The notes below the pieces were generated by a model, which was not told the origin of the DNA, searched no databases, and worked only from the letters and a program-made list of their open reading frames with translations. The position numbers and the translations under genes were made by a program. Shown here piece by piece: positions 47,505-57,545 of a stretch of DNA of 64,000 nucleotides (position 1 is the stretch's first letter; every line of letters begins with the position of its first letter). Location of the stretch: positions 15,139-79,138 of the forward strand of contig JAITBP010000005.1 of NCBI GenBank assembly GCA_031283585.1. The letters run 5' to 3'. Source of the DNA: Puniceicoccales bacterium (lineage in GTDB: Bacteria; Verrucomicrobiota; Verrucomicrobiia; Opitutales; LL51).

Positions 47505-49130
47505 ATGAAGCGGCTAAATAAAGTTATACTCCATTACAGCAATGACATGGTAACGATTTGCGATGTCTCCTTTAAAGAAGAAAATTACCTTATAAATGTG
47601 CTAGGAACAATGGAATTAACCAGAGACAAAACCATTGATACCATCCTAGAGTCCCTACCGCAGAAAATAAGAAAAAGCGTCGGCCAGATCATACTGGCGG
47701 ATTCGATCCTAAAATATGTGCCGCTTCGAACATACAATACGAGAGAAGACAGGCTTAAAAAAGCAATCGAGTTCGAATTTGCCAACATTTTTAAAGAAAA
47801 AGCAGACCAATTGGCCTACTATATAGATCCGACTCCAACCAATGACAAAAATATCGCAAACTGTTTTGTAGCAGAACCCTGTGTGTTAGGCTCTCTGCAC
47901 CTTGCTTTGAAAAAAGCCCAAATGTCTCCAAAAATACTGCTGCCGGACCCGGTGCTGCGCATCCGCGGCTTCAATAGGTACAACAGGCCAATACTGTTCA
48001 TTCATTTAGTAAAAAACGCTCTATTCCTGCATCTAGGCGAGGAAAACAAACATCAAACCAAGGTGATTCCACTTGGGCTGGATTCCCTGGCGAAAAAAAT
48101 CAAACGGGACCATCAGGTCCACCTGTCAACGGATGAACTGGAATCGGTATTATTTTCAAGGCCAATATCGATAGCATCTGATAAAAATGCGCCGATTATA
48201 GAGCAAATTACCGACGAGATATCTACATATTTAATGGAAGAATTGAGAAATTTTATATCAGAATTTTTTGACAATAAAAGAACAATCTATTCAGGGCCAA
48301 TTGTTCTTAGCGGACTGACCGACGATTTCGTTTGCATGCCAAGGTTGGCCGATGTAATACCCCAGGAAAATATCAAAGATATAAACAATGTTATAAAAAT
48401 TCACCTAAAGCTAAACAATGATTCAGAACAAGTTATCGCCGGGATCATTCCAGCCCTTATCGGTGCCATTAACCTATCCAATGAAAAAGACAATGTCTTA
48501 AATTTATCAAAAAATATCAATGAATCAGAATATGCCGATGGTATTCTACCGTCCTATCTCAAAAATTTGATCCTGATCATGGTTCTATTGACCTCGGCAA
48601 ACCTATTTGCCTACTCGGCCATTCTGAGAAAAAATATAGTTCTGCGCCATATAAATTCCAATCTTATAAGCGATAAAGCCGATCTATCGAAGCTTGCAAG
48701 TAGCATTGCGGCTGCCAAAAAAACCGTCGAAGCCAGGCAAAAAATTACAAATACAGCAAATTTTGCCAAAAATCACCAGGATCTGTTGATAGAATTTTTC
48801 CGAAATCTACAGGCTTCGGTGGCAGAGATTAATGACCTCTGGCTGGATGAGTTAGCGATTGATCCATCTGAACAGAAAAATGCTGGTGAAAAACTTCCTA
48901 CCCAGCCTTCGATAAAAATAATCGGCAGAATGTTTGTAAAAAACATGTCAAATTTACCAGAATTCACATCACTGACCAATGAACGATTTAACAAATTATT
49001 CGAAAAAATGAAAAAACTACCTGGTGTAACCAATGTGTCTAAAATAAAAATACAGCCTCCGGAAAACAACACCATACTATTTCGGTGCGAGCTATTTTTA
49101 AAAAACAATTCCCAGATTTTCAGCCCATGA
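47505..49130 (+). CDS. PilM/GspL-like assembly protein fused to a TM segment and a PilN-like periplasmic domain (Amuc_1101-like)
   Basis: The cytoplasmic ~345 aa begin like PilM (VILHYSNDMVTICDV). Single TM (LILIMVLLTSANLFAYSAIL), then a coiled coil and a small alpha/beta domain ending in LFRCELFL. ATG preceded by AGGA. Confidence 0.5.
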   Translation: MKRLNKVILHYSNDMVTICDVSFKEENYLINVLGTMELTRDKTIDTILESLPQKIRKSVGQIILADSILKYVPLRTYNTREDRLKKAIEFEFANIFKEKADQLAYYIDPTPTNDKNIANCFVAEPCVLGSLHLALKKAQMSPKILLPDPVLRIRGFNRYNRPILFIHLVKNALFLHLGEENKHQTKVIPLGLDSLAKKIKRDHQVHLSTDELESVLFSRPISIASDKNAPIIEQITDEISTYLMEELRNFISEFFDNKRTIYSGPIVLSGLTDDFVCMPRLADVIPQENIKDINNVIKIHLKLNNDSEQVIAGIIPALIGAINLSNEKDNVLNLSKNINESEYADGILPSYLKNLILIMVLLTSANLFAYSAILRKNIVLRHINSNLISDKADLSKLASSIAAAKKTVEARQKITNTANFAKNHQDLLIEFFRNLQASVAEINDLWLDELAIDPSEQKNAGEKLPTQPSIKIIGRMFVKNMSNLPEFTSLTNERFNKLFEKMKKLPGVTNVSKIKIQPPENNTILFRCELFLKNNSQIFSP

Positions 49131-50050
49131 ATTTTACACTTACAAAAAAACGTGCTACCTATCTGTCCGCAATAATTTTTTTGATTATTCTATTTCTGGC
49201 ATTGCCAACGCTGCTGCTTGCCACGATAAAAAAAATGACAGAAAACAAAAATTTAGACGAAGCCAACAGAAAACTCCGGCTAGAAGTCTCTCATCTCCAA
49301 TCAACTAAGCCGCAACCAACCGAAGCCACGCTGACTTCCCTGAGACGCAGGGCCAGCGCCTATGAGCTTAGATCAAACATCTACCTGGAGGAATATAGAA
49401 AATATTCACTGGCGATAACGGACAGTTCCGCACCAAAAAACGAAGTCGATCTATATTTTTCACTGATGTCACTGGTTAAGTCACTGCATACAAAAGCAAT
49501 CAAGGCCAGAATCAGTGTTCCGAAAGACTACTACTTTGCCTTTGAACCCTATGTAAAAAAAGATCTGATACCGCGGCCAGAAGAAATTCATCTGCTTTAT
49601 AGCCAAAGCCTAGCCATACTGAAACTATTATCCGTGCTGTTCAAATCCAATGAAAATGAAATGGCACTGATTTCCGTGGAAAGAGAATCTATTTCCTTGG
49701 ACAAGAACAAACTAGACGCACCGGATACATTTTCATCGGCAAAATTCAATAGCTTCCGAACCAAAGGAGCGGAATCCTCTCTGTTCACAATAACATTCGC
49801 CGGTTACACCAGATGTTTTCGCAATTTTCTGAACGGCATAGCCCAAAAATCCCTGCCTGTACTTTTCAAAGAAATAAAAATTTCGCCACTGGATTCGAAG
49901 ACGAAACCAGATAATAAGCCCCAGGCTAAAAAGGAAGAAAAGACGATAGTTGTTGAATCGAGGAAATCAAAAATCAAAGTGACGGTGGAGTGGTTATTCA
50001 TGAACAATAATGAAGAACTCCTTCGGTCAGAACAAGTAATAAACGAATGA
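49127..50050 (+). CDS. bitopic PilO/GspM-like protein (Amuc_1100-family-like)
   Basis: ATGA overlap with the upstream gene. N-terminal TM (YLSAIIFLIILFLALPTLLLATI), then a coiled coil and two alpha/beta segments (LFTITFAGYTRCFRNFLNGI, KIKVTVEWLF). From memory, this resembles the Akkermansia Amuc_1100 layout. Confidence 0.45.
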   Translation: MNFTLTKKRATYLSAIIFLIILFLALPTLLLATIKKMTENKNLDEANRKLRLEVSHLQSTKPQPTEATLTSLRRRASAYELRSNIYLEEYRKYSLAITDSSAPKNEVDLYFSLMSLVKSLHTKAIKARISVPKDYYFAFEPYVKKDLIPRPEEIHLLYSQSLAILKLLSVLFKSNENEMALISVERESISLDKNKLDAPDTFSSAKFNSFRTKGAESSLFTITFAGYTRCFRNFLNGIAQKSLPVLFKEIKISPLDSKTKPDNKPQAKKEEKTIVVESRKSKIKVTVEWLFMNNNEELLRSEQVINE

Positions 50051-50925
50051 TGTCTCTAAATATGTTAGGATTAGCAAGCTGTGTCCTATTTTTTCTAGGC
50101 ACAGCCTATGAGTTTTTTTGCATGAAAACCGCCAAAAATGAACCACTAAAACCGCCGGATCAACCACTTAATCAAAAAATAGACCTGGCTTATCAGGACG
50201 ATCTGCTCAGGTACGATTTCAATGAGTTTTCCTGGCCAGATCCAACCCCATCGGACCGGGGCGAATTCTGGCTATTTGATCTATTTACACCACCGCAAAT
50301 TTCTGTCAGCAATGGGGTATTTTCGGCCTCATTGCCACAATTACACAGCGAAAATCTCGATTTAACTGTCACATCAATTTCAAGACAACAATATAAGATA
50401 CAATTTTTCGGTTATTTTCAAAAGCCAGCCGGCTTCGGCGATAACAATAAATTTACATTAATACTATACGATATAACAAAAGACCAAAGCTTCCGATGCG
50501 AAGTTGGGGATGAACTGACTGATAAAAACATTTCCATAATCGGCTTCAAGGAAAAATTCTCCTCCGCTGATCCGCTATTGAAAAATAAACCGATGGTGAC
50601 AATTTACGACAAAGACCTTGCTAAAAACATTGAGCTATCCAGTCATACAAAATTCTACGATGATAGATACACAATAGTAATAAAGTCTGGCACTTCTGCT
50701 AAGTCGTACACCATTAACAAGATAAATGACTCCATTAGCCTGGATGGCATCAGCTATTCCCTGACCGAAGTCAACATGGATGCCGGATATATAAAATTAA
50801 CCCAGACCGGTGGCGATGGCCATGAATCAGCCAAGATAATCAGGGTTATCGGCTTAGCTGACAATACATTACAGAATGAACCCAGACAAAAACAACCGAT
50901 CATCGATGGACCAGACAGGAAGTAA
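50047..50925 (+). CDS. bitopic membrane protein, third gene of the pilus-platform-like operon (Amuc_1099-like or PilP/GspC-like)
   Basis: ATGA overlap with the upstream gene. N-terminal TM (LGLASCVLFFLGTAYEFF), a WLFDLFTPPQI motif, and a beta-rich C-terminal region. Confidence 0.4.
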   Translation: MMSLNMLGLASCVLFFLGTAYEFFCMKTAKNEPLKPPDQPLNQKIDLAYQDDLLRYDFNEFSWPDPTPSDRGEFWLFDLFTPPQISVSNGVFSASLPQLHSENLDLTVTSISRQQYKIQFFGYFQKPAGFGDNNKFTLILYDITKDQSFRCEVGDELTDKNISIIGFKEKFSSADPLLKNKPMVTIYDKDLAKNIELSSHTKFYDDRYTIVIKSGTSAKSYTINKINDSISLDGISYSLTEVNMDAGYIKLTQTGGDGHESAKIIRVIGLADNTLQNEPRQKQPIIDGPDRK

Positions 50926-50979
50926 TTTTGATAATTTTCTCGTTTGACATCCTGATAATTTTATGAGAAAAAATCGAAA

Positions 50980-52113
50980 ATGAAGCTAGCTGGGCTGACA
51001 AATACGCAATTGCTAATGATACTGAGTTCATTGCCAACCATCGGCAGCATCACCTTCTTCAAGCTATATAATAATTTCAAAAAAAATCTTCACCAAATAT
51101 TCTCGGCAACCAAAGAAGAACTCATGGAGATCGGACTTGTATCCGAAGCCATTGCTAATAAAATACTAAACTGGGAGAAATTTTTCGACCTAGGTAAAAC
51201 TGAAACAAAATTGGCCAAAATTCGAGGGGATTTTATTGGCTATTGTGACAATGAAAATTATCCAAAATCACTAAAAAATATCCACGATCCACCCATTGGG
51301 CTGTATTCCATCGGCAACGGATCTTTGCTAAACTCCCGATGTATAGCTATCGTAGGTACAAGAAAACCAACGCTTTACGGCATTAAGGTAGCCACAGAAT
51401 TTGCGATAAACCTGGCAAATCTGGGGTTTTGTATAGTCAGTGGCCTGGCCCAGGGAATAGACAGTTCGGCCCACGAAGGAGCCATCGCAGCCGGTGGCAA
51501 AACCATCGCTGTTCTCGGTTGTGGCATCGACATCATTTACCCATCCGAAAATCGCCGCCTATACAAAAAAATCGCTGAACAGGGTTGTATTATTTCGGAA
51601 TTTCCTCTGGAAAAAAGGGCTGACAAGCAAACTTTTCCCATACGAAATAGGCTTATTTCAGGGCTTTGCGACAACGTCATCATCATTGAAACCGCAAAAC
51701 ATGGCGGCAGCATGATAACGGCAAACATCGCCTGCGAACAGGGAAAAAACGTATTTGTTATACCTGGCAGAATAGATCAAACCTCCAGCGAAGGCTGCCA
51801 CGAATTGATCAGAAATGGAGCAACCCTTGTGACCTCGGTGGATGATATATTGGAGGAAATAAATTTTCCAATGCAACAGGCTCTCGTTTTTGATGATCAA
51901 AAGGAGGAACCAAAAATCTCCGATCCTGTTGAAAGACAAGTCCTTAATTTTCTAAAATCCTGTGACAATGCTACCATAGATGACATAATGATCAATAGCC
52001 AGCTGACTCTCGGGCCGATTCTAAAATCCATACAACTGCTTGAAATAAAACAACTCATAACAAAAAATTTCGATGGATCATTCCAGGCAAATTTTATGCA
52101 CATGCACAAGTAG
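50980..52113 (+). CDS. dprA: DNA-processing protein DprA (Smf)
   Basis: Rossmann-like core with VGTRKPTLYG and SGLAQGIDSSAHEGA, plus a C-terminal winged-helix-like extension. Confidence 0.85.
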   Translation: MKLAGLTNTQLLMILSSLPTIGSITFFKLYNNFKKNLHQIFSATKEELMEIGLVSEAIANKILNWEKFFDLGKTETKLAKIRGDFIGYCDNENYPKSLKNIHDPPIGLYSIGNGSLLNSRCIAIVGTRKPTLYGIKVATEFAINLANLGFCIVSGLAQGIDSSAHEGAIAAGGKTIAVLGCGIDIIYPSENRRLYKKIAEQGCIISEFPLEKRADKQTFPIRNRLISGLCDNVIIIETAKHGGSMITANIACEQGKNVFVIPGRIDQTSSEGCHELIRNGATLVTSVDDILEEINFPMQQALVFDDQKEEPKISDPVERQVLNFLKSCDNATIDDIMINSQLTLGPILKSIQLLEIKQLITKNFDGSFQANFMHMHK

Positions 52114-52115
52114 TA

Positions 52116-52961
52116 TTGCTTTTGGGCCATAAATCAACAAAAGATATCCGGTTTGTGGCCCTGGAGAGCAAAAATAATCCAAAGATAAAATTTCTCGACA
52201 AGTTGAAAAAGAAATCCTGTCGAGAGCGATATAAAACCTATTTGATCGAAGGCCATCGAGAACTGATGCGAGCCTTCCAAGCCAACCTGGTAACCGAGGT
52301 GTATTTCTGCCAAAAGTTGTTCACTGACAACACATTTCATGGATCATTAGAAAAATTATCCTCGGCGAATATTCCGATGATCGAAGTCGGTGAACAGGCC
52401 TATCAAAAAATATCTATCAGAGAAAATGGCGATGGCCTGATCGGACTGGGCAAGCCATTCGTAAAACCATTGGACCATATTCGACAAGAGGAGCCCGGCA
52501 ATCCATTAATAATTGCCGCTGAGAGTCTAGAAAAACCAAGCAATTTGGGTGCGATAATTCGAACGGCCGAATCTGCCGGAGCAACCGCACTGGCCGTGCT
52601 GGATGCGTCAACTGACCCCTATAACCCAAACACAATAAGATCTTCCCAGGGCGCAATATTCTCAATTCCGATAATAGGTTGCAGCTCAATAGCTTTCGAT
52701 GAATTTTGCCATAGCAATGGTCTGAAAATTATCTGCACAACCCCGCACGGCAACCGGATTTATTGGGAGGAAAATTTGACAAATAGCCTGGCAATTATCG
52801 TCGGCAGCGAAGCTAGGGGCCTTTCGGATTTCTGGCTTAGGAACACGAATTCTATCTCGGTTAAAATCCCCCAGCTTGGCAGTTCAGATTCCCTAAATGT
52901 ATCCGTTGCAACCGCAGTGGTTACCTATGAAGCAGTTAGACAACGTAACTTAATTTTATAG
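52116..52961 (+). CDS. TrmH/SpoU-family RNA 2'-O-methyltransferase
   Basis: TTG start right after the dprA stop. SpoU motifs SNLGAIIRTAESAG, IVGSEARGLS and LNVSVATAV. Confidence 0.8.
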   Translation: MLLGHKSTKDIRFVALESKNNPKIKFLDKLKKKSCRERYKTYLIEGHRELMRAFQANLVTEVYFCQKLFTDNTFHGSLEKLSSANIPMIEVGEQAYQKISIRENGDGLIGLGKPFVKPLDHIRQEEPGNPLIIAAESLEKPSNLGAIIRTAESAGATALAVLDASTDPYNPNTIRSSQGAIFSIPIIGCSSIAFDEFCHSNGLKIICTTPHGNRIYWEENLTNSLAIIVGSEARGLSDFWLRNTNSISVKIPQLGSSDSLNVSVATAVVTYEAVRQRNLIL

Positions 52962-52975
52962 CTCGAAAAAAATCG

Positions 52976-53281
52976 TTACTTTTTTTCCCTGCTGGCCTTG
53001 TCCGTCAACTGTCTATCCAATTTTTGCACAAGCAGATCTATGGATTTATACAAATCATCGCTGGAGGCCACGGCTATGATGTCCGGGCCGTGGATTTCCA
53101 CATGACCTTTTGCCACAAATTCATTACTAGGATCCTTGCTCTGTTCATGTTGCAACTCAACCCTTATGCGCACAATCCCTTCGCCATGCCGAAATAATTT
53201 TTCAGCTTTTTCGTGAACTTTTTGCTTAAGTGCTTCTGTAAGTGTTAGATGCACACCAGATACGATTATATCTTTTTCCAT
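52976..53281 (-). CDS. hpf: ribosome hibernation promoting factor (short HPF/RaiA family)
   Basis: 101 aa. I.....H..LT..L...V..K..KL pattern with an acidic/basic C-terminus, as in sigma-54 modulation protein / S30EA family members. Confidence 0.85.
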   Translation of the reverse strand: MEKDIIVSGVHLTLTEALKQKVHEKAEKLFRHGEGIVRIRVELQHEQSKDPSNEFVAKGHVEIHGPDIIAVASSDDLYKSIDLLVQKLDRQLTDKASREKK

Positions 53282-53407
53282 ATTTTCCTCCTAATTATCT
53301 GGACCACTTTAAATTGCTGGACTTTATTTGCAATCATGAAAGAATATATTTCAACGGTTAGTAATAGGTTACAAAATTCATAATTAACACATCATCAATT
53401 AGTTATT

Positions 53408-54199
53408 ATGCACGATACCGATGCGAAGTTACTGGACATACGCAATTTGACTGTCCGATTTAAAAACCCAGAAGTCCTGGCGATAAACAATATTTCGTTC
53501 CACGTAAAACCGCGCGAAACCTTTGCAATTATCGGGGAAAGCGGCAGTGGGAAAACTTCCGTGGCTTTAAGTATAGCAAATTTGTTCAACAAAAAAATAG
53601 CGAGCCTGTCGGGAAACATCCTGTTCGACGGCGTAGATCTATTGTCGATTCCAGAAAAAAATATGGCATCCTACCGAGGGCACAAAATAGCCTACATCTT
53701 TCAGGAGCCAGGCCTTGCACTAAATCCTTCACTCACAATAGGATATCAAATCCGCGAATCGATGAAACAAAAGTCCAAACATGCGGTCATGGAACTCATG
53801 GATGATGTGGGATTAACAAATAAGCGATTTTATTATGCTTATCCGCATGAACTTAGCGGTGGCATGCAACAGAGGGCGATGATTGCCATAGCCATAGCCA
53901 GCCACCCAAAATTATTGATAGCGGACGAACCCACCACTTCGTTGGACGTAACAATCCAAAAACAAATCATAACTCTACTAAAAAACATTAAAAAAGAACG
54001 TGAACTTGCGATACTGCTGATAACTCATAACTTCGGCATAATCAATGGCTTCGCTGACAGAGCCATGGTAATGTTCAACGGGGAAATCGCAGAAATAAAC
54101 AGTACCGGAAATATATTCAAAAATTCTAAAAGCCCATACACTACCAAACTTTTGAATTGCGTTCCAGAACTCGGTAACCCAGGCAAATTGGACCTGTGA
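53408..54199 (+). CDS. ABC transporter ATP-binding protein (DppD/OppD-like), with no adjacent permease
   Basis: Walker A GESGSGKTS, signature LSGGMQQR, Walker B LLIADEPTTSLD, H-loop ITHN. Confidence 0.8.
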   Translation: MHDTDAKLLDIRNLTVRFKNPEVLAINNISFHVKPRETFAIIGESGSGKTSVALSIANLFNKKIASLSGNILFDGVDLLSIPEKNMASYRGHKIAYIFQEPGLALNPSLTIGYQIRESMKQKSKHAVMELMDDVGLTNKRFYYAYPHELSGGMQQRAMIAIAIASHPKLLIADEPTTSLDVTIQKQIITLLKNIKKERELAILLITHNFGIINGFADRAMVMFNGEIAEINSTGNIFKNSKSPYTTKLLNCVPELGNPGKLDL

Positions 54200-54229
54200 C
54201 TAAGAGCCTGATGTTAAAATACTTACCGC

Positions 54230-54955
54230 CTAGGAACGTTGGGACACTTTTTCGCTTTTTTCGATGGGCGTTAGACTTTTTACTTTCTTTTGACCAAAAA
54301 TATCGAAAATTATGCCCATTAGCGACGAACTCAGATACTTGAAAAACACAACGGCGGTCATGAATATTATGCTTGCATCCAACCACAAGTTCTTCTCCTT
54401 CAAGTACTCAAGGTTGTATTTCATTTTTTTCGGGAAAACAAAACGCAGGTAAGCATCGGCCCTATCCTCGGCATTATTCAACACATTGGCTTCGTACTCA
54501 AGGATTTTCAGCGTCGCATAGCCGGTTATTCCGGGCTTAAATTTCAAAATTTTCCTGTATTCAACATCGTTATTTATGACATCAAAAAAGTCCATCGTCA
54601 ACGGTCGATGGCCAATAAATCCCATGTCGCCCTTGATAACGTTAAAAATCTGGGGAAGCTCATCTAGCCGAGTCTTTCTCAAAAATTTACCAAATTTCGT
54701 GACTAATTTTTCGTTAAATGAATTCAGAGCAATATCGTCATCTTTGGTATCGGCAATGGTTCTGCGCATCGTCCTGAACTTTATTATTCTGAACGGCTTA
54801 CCATTTTTGCCAATCCTTTCCTGGGTAAAAAAAATGCCAACTTTTTTGATCTCAAATCTAGACAAAATGGCAATTATGAACATGATTGGCAGGAGAATGA
54901 GCGCAATGACCAGGGCACAGCTAAGCTCTAGGAATCTTCCAATCTTCACATCCAT
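54230..54955 (-). CDS. polyprenyl-phosphate sugar phosphotransferase (bacterial sugar transferase family)
   Basis: N-terminal TM, F.Q.R.G..G..F...KFRTM, and RLDELPQIFNVIKGDMGFIGHRP. Confidence 0.8.
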   Translation of the reverse strand: MDVKIGRFLELSCALVIALILLPIMFIIAILSRFEIKKVGIFFTQERIGKNGKPFRIIKFRTMRRTIADTKDDDIALNSFNEKLVTKFGKFLRKTRLDELPQIFNVIKGDMGFIGHRPLTMDFFDVINNDVEYRKILKFKPGITGYATLKILEYEANVLNNAEDRADAYLRFVFPKKMKYNLEYLKEKNLWLDASIIFMTAVVFFKYLSSSLMGIIFDIFGQKKVKSLTPIEKSEKVSQRS

Positions 54956-55015
54956 GTTCGAAGGTTATCAAAAATCTCCAAACTTGCAATACTCAATTTA
55001 CTAATTTAAAACATG

Positions 55016-57316
55016 TTACAAACCATCCTGGCTATCTTCCGCCGAGGAAACAAGCCCTTTTTCCCTCAAAGTATCCATGATTCTTGCGGCCCGGTTGTAG
55101 CCTATCTTCAACTTTCTCTGCAAAAACGAAGTTGAGGCCCTGTCATTGGAGCGGATGATTTCCAAAGCCTTAGGAATCATGTCATCATCCCAGTCTTCGG
55201 CCGACTCGCCATCCTCCACATCTCCGGTCTCTATCCGCTCCTGCACGGCTTCCTCGTACTTTGGCGCGCCATTCGTCGTGTACAAAAACCTAACCAGGGC
55301 ATTTATCTCATCGTCCGAAACCAGCGCGCCCTGGGCCCGTAGCAGTCCGCCAGAACCAGGTGGTAAAAATAACATATCTCCTTGGCCAAGAAGTGATTCC
55401 GCTCCACCAATATCAAGAATTGTACGGCTGTCGACTTTGGAAGCTACCTTGAAAGCGATCCGACTTGGAAGATTCGCCTTGATTATTCCGGTGATCACAT
55501 TCACCGAAGGTCGTTGAGTTGCAAGGATTAGATGAATACCGGCCGCCCTCGCCAACTGAGCCAATCGGGCAATGCAGGTCTCTATATCTCCCGGCGCCAC
55601 CATCATCAAATCGGCCAACTCATCTATTATGCAAACAATGTAAGGCATCTTTTTAGCTACCAGATTATGTGACTCATCTCCTTCTGCAATAGGCACTTTT
55701 GATTGCGAATCAACAACCTTCGCATTGAAGCTGGCTATGTTTCGCACCCCAACCTTCGCAAATATCTGATAGCGATCCTCCATCTCTGCAATCAACCACT
55801 TCAAAGCGTTGGGCACTTTTTTTGGATCGGTGACCACCGGAATCAGCATATGCGGTAGATCATTAAATGTCTGCATCTCAACGATTTTTGGATCAACCAT
55901 TATAAATCTTAGGGCATCCGGCGACGCATGAAACAGCAGCGAAGCAATGATTGCATTTATGCAAACCGTTTTGCCAGAACCAGTTGCTCCAGCAATCAAC
56001 AGATGCGGCATCCTGGCCAAATCGGCTATTATCGGCTCACCGGTAACGCCACGGCCAAGAACAATCGGGATATCTGCCCGCATTCCGGCCCAGGCTCTAG
56101 ATTCCAGGATTTCCCGAAGCCTAACAGTAACCGGTTCTTTATTAGGTAGTTCTACACCTACACAACCTTTCCCAGGCACCGGCGCGATGATTCTTACGGA
56201 CTTCGCCGCCAGGCCAAGGGCAATATTTTTATCCAACCCTACGATTTTCTCAACCCGGACGCCTGGCTCGGGCAAAATCTCATATCTAGTTATGACCGGC
56301 CCCCTGTGTATCTCGCTCGGCTTCACAGAAACACCAAACTCGGCAAGAGTGCTAACAAGCTTAATTGCAACAGATTCATGATCCTCGCCGGACACCAGAT
56401 TTAAACTCCCGCGCTCCAACAATTCGGTGCTCGGAAACACATGATCACCGATTTTACAAGAAGCTCTAACGAGGACCGGCTCGACGGAACTCACATCAGC
56501 CGAAGAACTTGCATAACCGACCGGTTGATCCACTGGCAGCTCAATCCCAGAGCTCGATACCAAATTCCCGGTCCTAGTAACCTTATCTCGACTTGCTTTG
56601 CCCACGAAAACCACCATTTTCCCGGCCAGTCTAGTCAGACCAAATAATCCGCTGACAAATCTGCAACATGCACGTAGTGAACTAGATACAACACGCAACC
56701 ATCGGATGCCTAGCCTTCTAATGGCCATCATCAACCGAAGGCTTTTTTTTTCAGATCCGGACACAGGTTCGGTTTTCCTGAAAATCAGCCATCCATCTAC
56801 TAAAAATACCGCCAACAGCAGTATAAATCCACCCAATGGGCCAAATAGCGGGTCCAAAAATTGATTAAGTATTTTCAGGCCAAATATTCCACCAAGGCCA
56901 GCAGAAAATTTGTTCTCAAAAAAACCAGTAAATACTTTGTCCTCAAGAAGATATTTGTGAAAAACCGAAAGCAATCCAGCCAGAGATAAAATCATGCAAA
57001 GTGAATGAAGCCAAAGCCACCTCGAAAATGGTCGAGCTAATTTGAATGCAACCACGAAGGAAAACCATATCAAAAGCCCGGAAACCAGCAGGCTCGCCAA
57101 CCCAATAAATCTGACAATCCAAAACGAAAACAAAGGCCCTAGCCTCCAAACCATATTTCTATGTGGCTGAACATCAAGAGCTTTTGTACTAATCAACCAG
57201 CTTTGATCCGGATCAAAATCCAATAGCCAGATCAGCGTCAACAATCCGAGGACAAAAAGAAAAGTCCCGCCAACAATATCTTTGACTCGACTACATTTTT
57301 TTTGTGGCTGGCTCAT
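55016..57316 (-). CDS. ftsK: DNA translocase FtsK/SpoIIIE
   Basis: N-terminal TM helices, a linker, a motor domain with Walker A GATGSGKTVCIN and Walker B IIDELADLM, and a gamma winged-helix (STSFLQRKLKIGYNRAARIMD). Start set at MSQPQKK. Confidence 0.9.
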   Translation of the reverse strand: MSQPQKKCSRVKDIVGGTFLFVLGLLTLIWLLDFDPDQSWLISTKALDVQPHRNMVWRLGPLFSFWIVRFIGLASLLVSGLLIWFSFVVAFKLARPFSRWLWLHSLCMILSLAGLLSVFHKYLLEDKVFTGFFENKFSAGLGGIFGLKILNQFLDPLFGPLGGFILLLAVFLVDGWLIFRKTEPVSGSEKKSLRLMMAIRRLGIRWLRVVSSSLRACCRFVSGLFGLTRLAGKMVVFVGKASRDKVTRTGNLVSSSGIELPVDQPVGYASSSADVSSVEPVLVRASCKIGDHVFPSTELLERGSLNLVSGEDHESVAIKLVSTLAEFGVSVKPSEIHRGPVITRYEILPEPGVRVEKIVGLDKNIALGLAAKSVRIIAPVPGKGCVGVELPNKEPVTVRLREILESRAWAGMRADIPIVLGRGVTGEPIIADLARMPHLLIAGATGSGKTVCINAIIASLLFHASPDALRFIMVDPKIVEMQTFNDLPHMLIPVVTDPKKVPNALKWLIAEMEDRYQIFAKVGVRNIASFNAKVVDSQSKVPIAEGDESHNLVAKKMPYIVCIIDELADLMMVAPGDIETCIARLAQLARAAGIHLILATQRPSVNVITGIIKANLPSRIAFKVASKVDSRTILDIGGAESLLGQGDMLFLPPGSGGLLRAQGALVSDDEINALVRFLYTTNGAPKYEEAVQERIETGDVEDGESAEDWDDDMIPKALEIIRSNDRASTSFLQRKLKIGYNRAARIMDTLREKGLVSSAEDSQDGL

Positions 57317-57436
57317 GACTCTTATCCGGTTAATAGCAAACAATATATAGTAGAGTATAAATTTCAAACAAATCAACCACTATAACCCACACATTTTTCT
57401 TGATAGGCTATTCCAAATTAATTCTCTAACAGCCAA

Positions 57437-57513
57437 GGGGGATTAGCTCAGTTGGTTAGAGCGTTTGCATGACACGCAAGAGGTCACTGGTTCGAGCCCA
57501 GTATCTCCCACCA
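57437..57513 (+). tRNA. tRNA-Val (anticodon GAC)
   Basis: GGGGGAT-TA-GCTC-AGTTGGTTA-GAGC-G-TTTGC-ATGACAC-GCAAG-AGGTC-ACTGG-TTCGAGC-CCAGT-ATCTCCC-A-CCA. Confidence 0.9.
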
Positions 57514-57545
57514 GGTGGCACAATAACGTCCGAACTATCAACAAC

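Noticed and set aside
53318-53332. A sigma-54 promoter-like TGGAC-N-TTGCA next to hpf and the ABC ATPase.
   Set aside because: The GG-to-GC spacing is one nt shorter than the strict -24/-12 geometry. The orientation would drive the ABC ATPase, not hpf. I could not support it.
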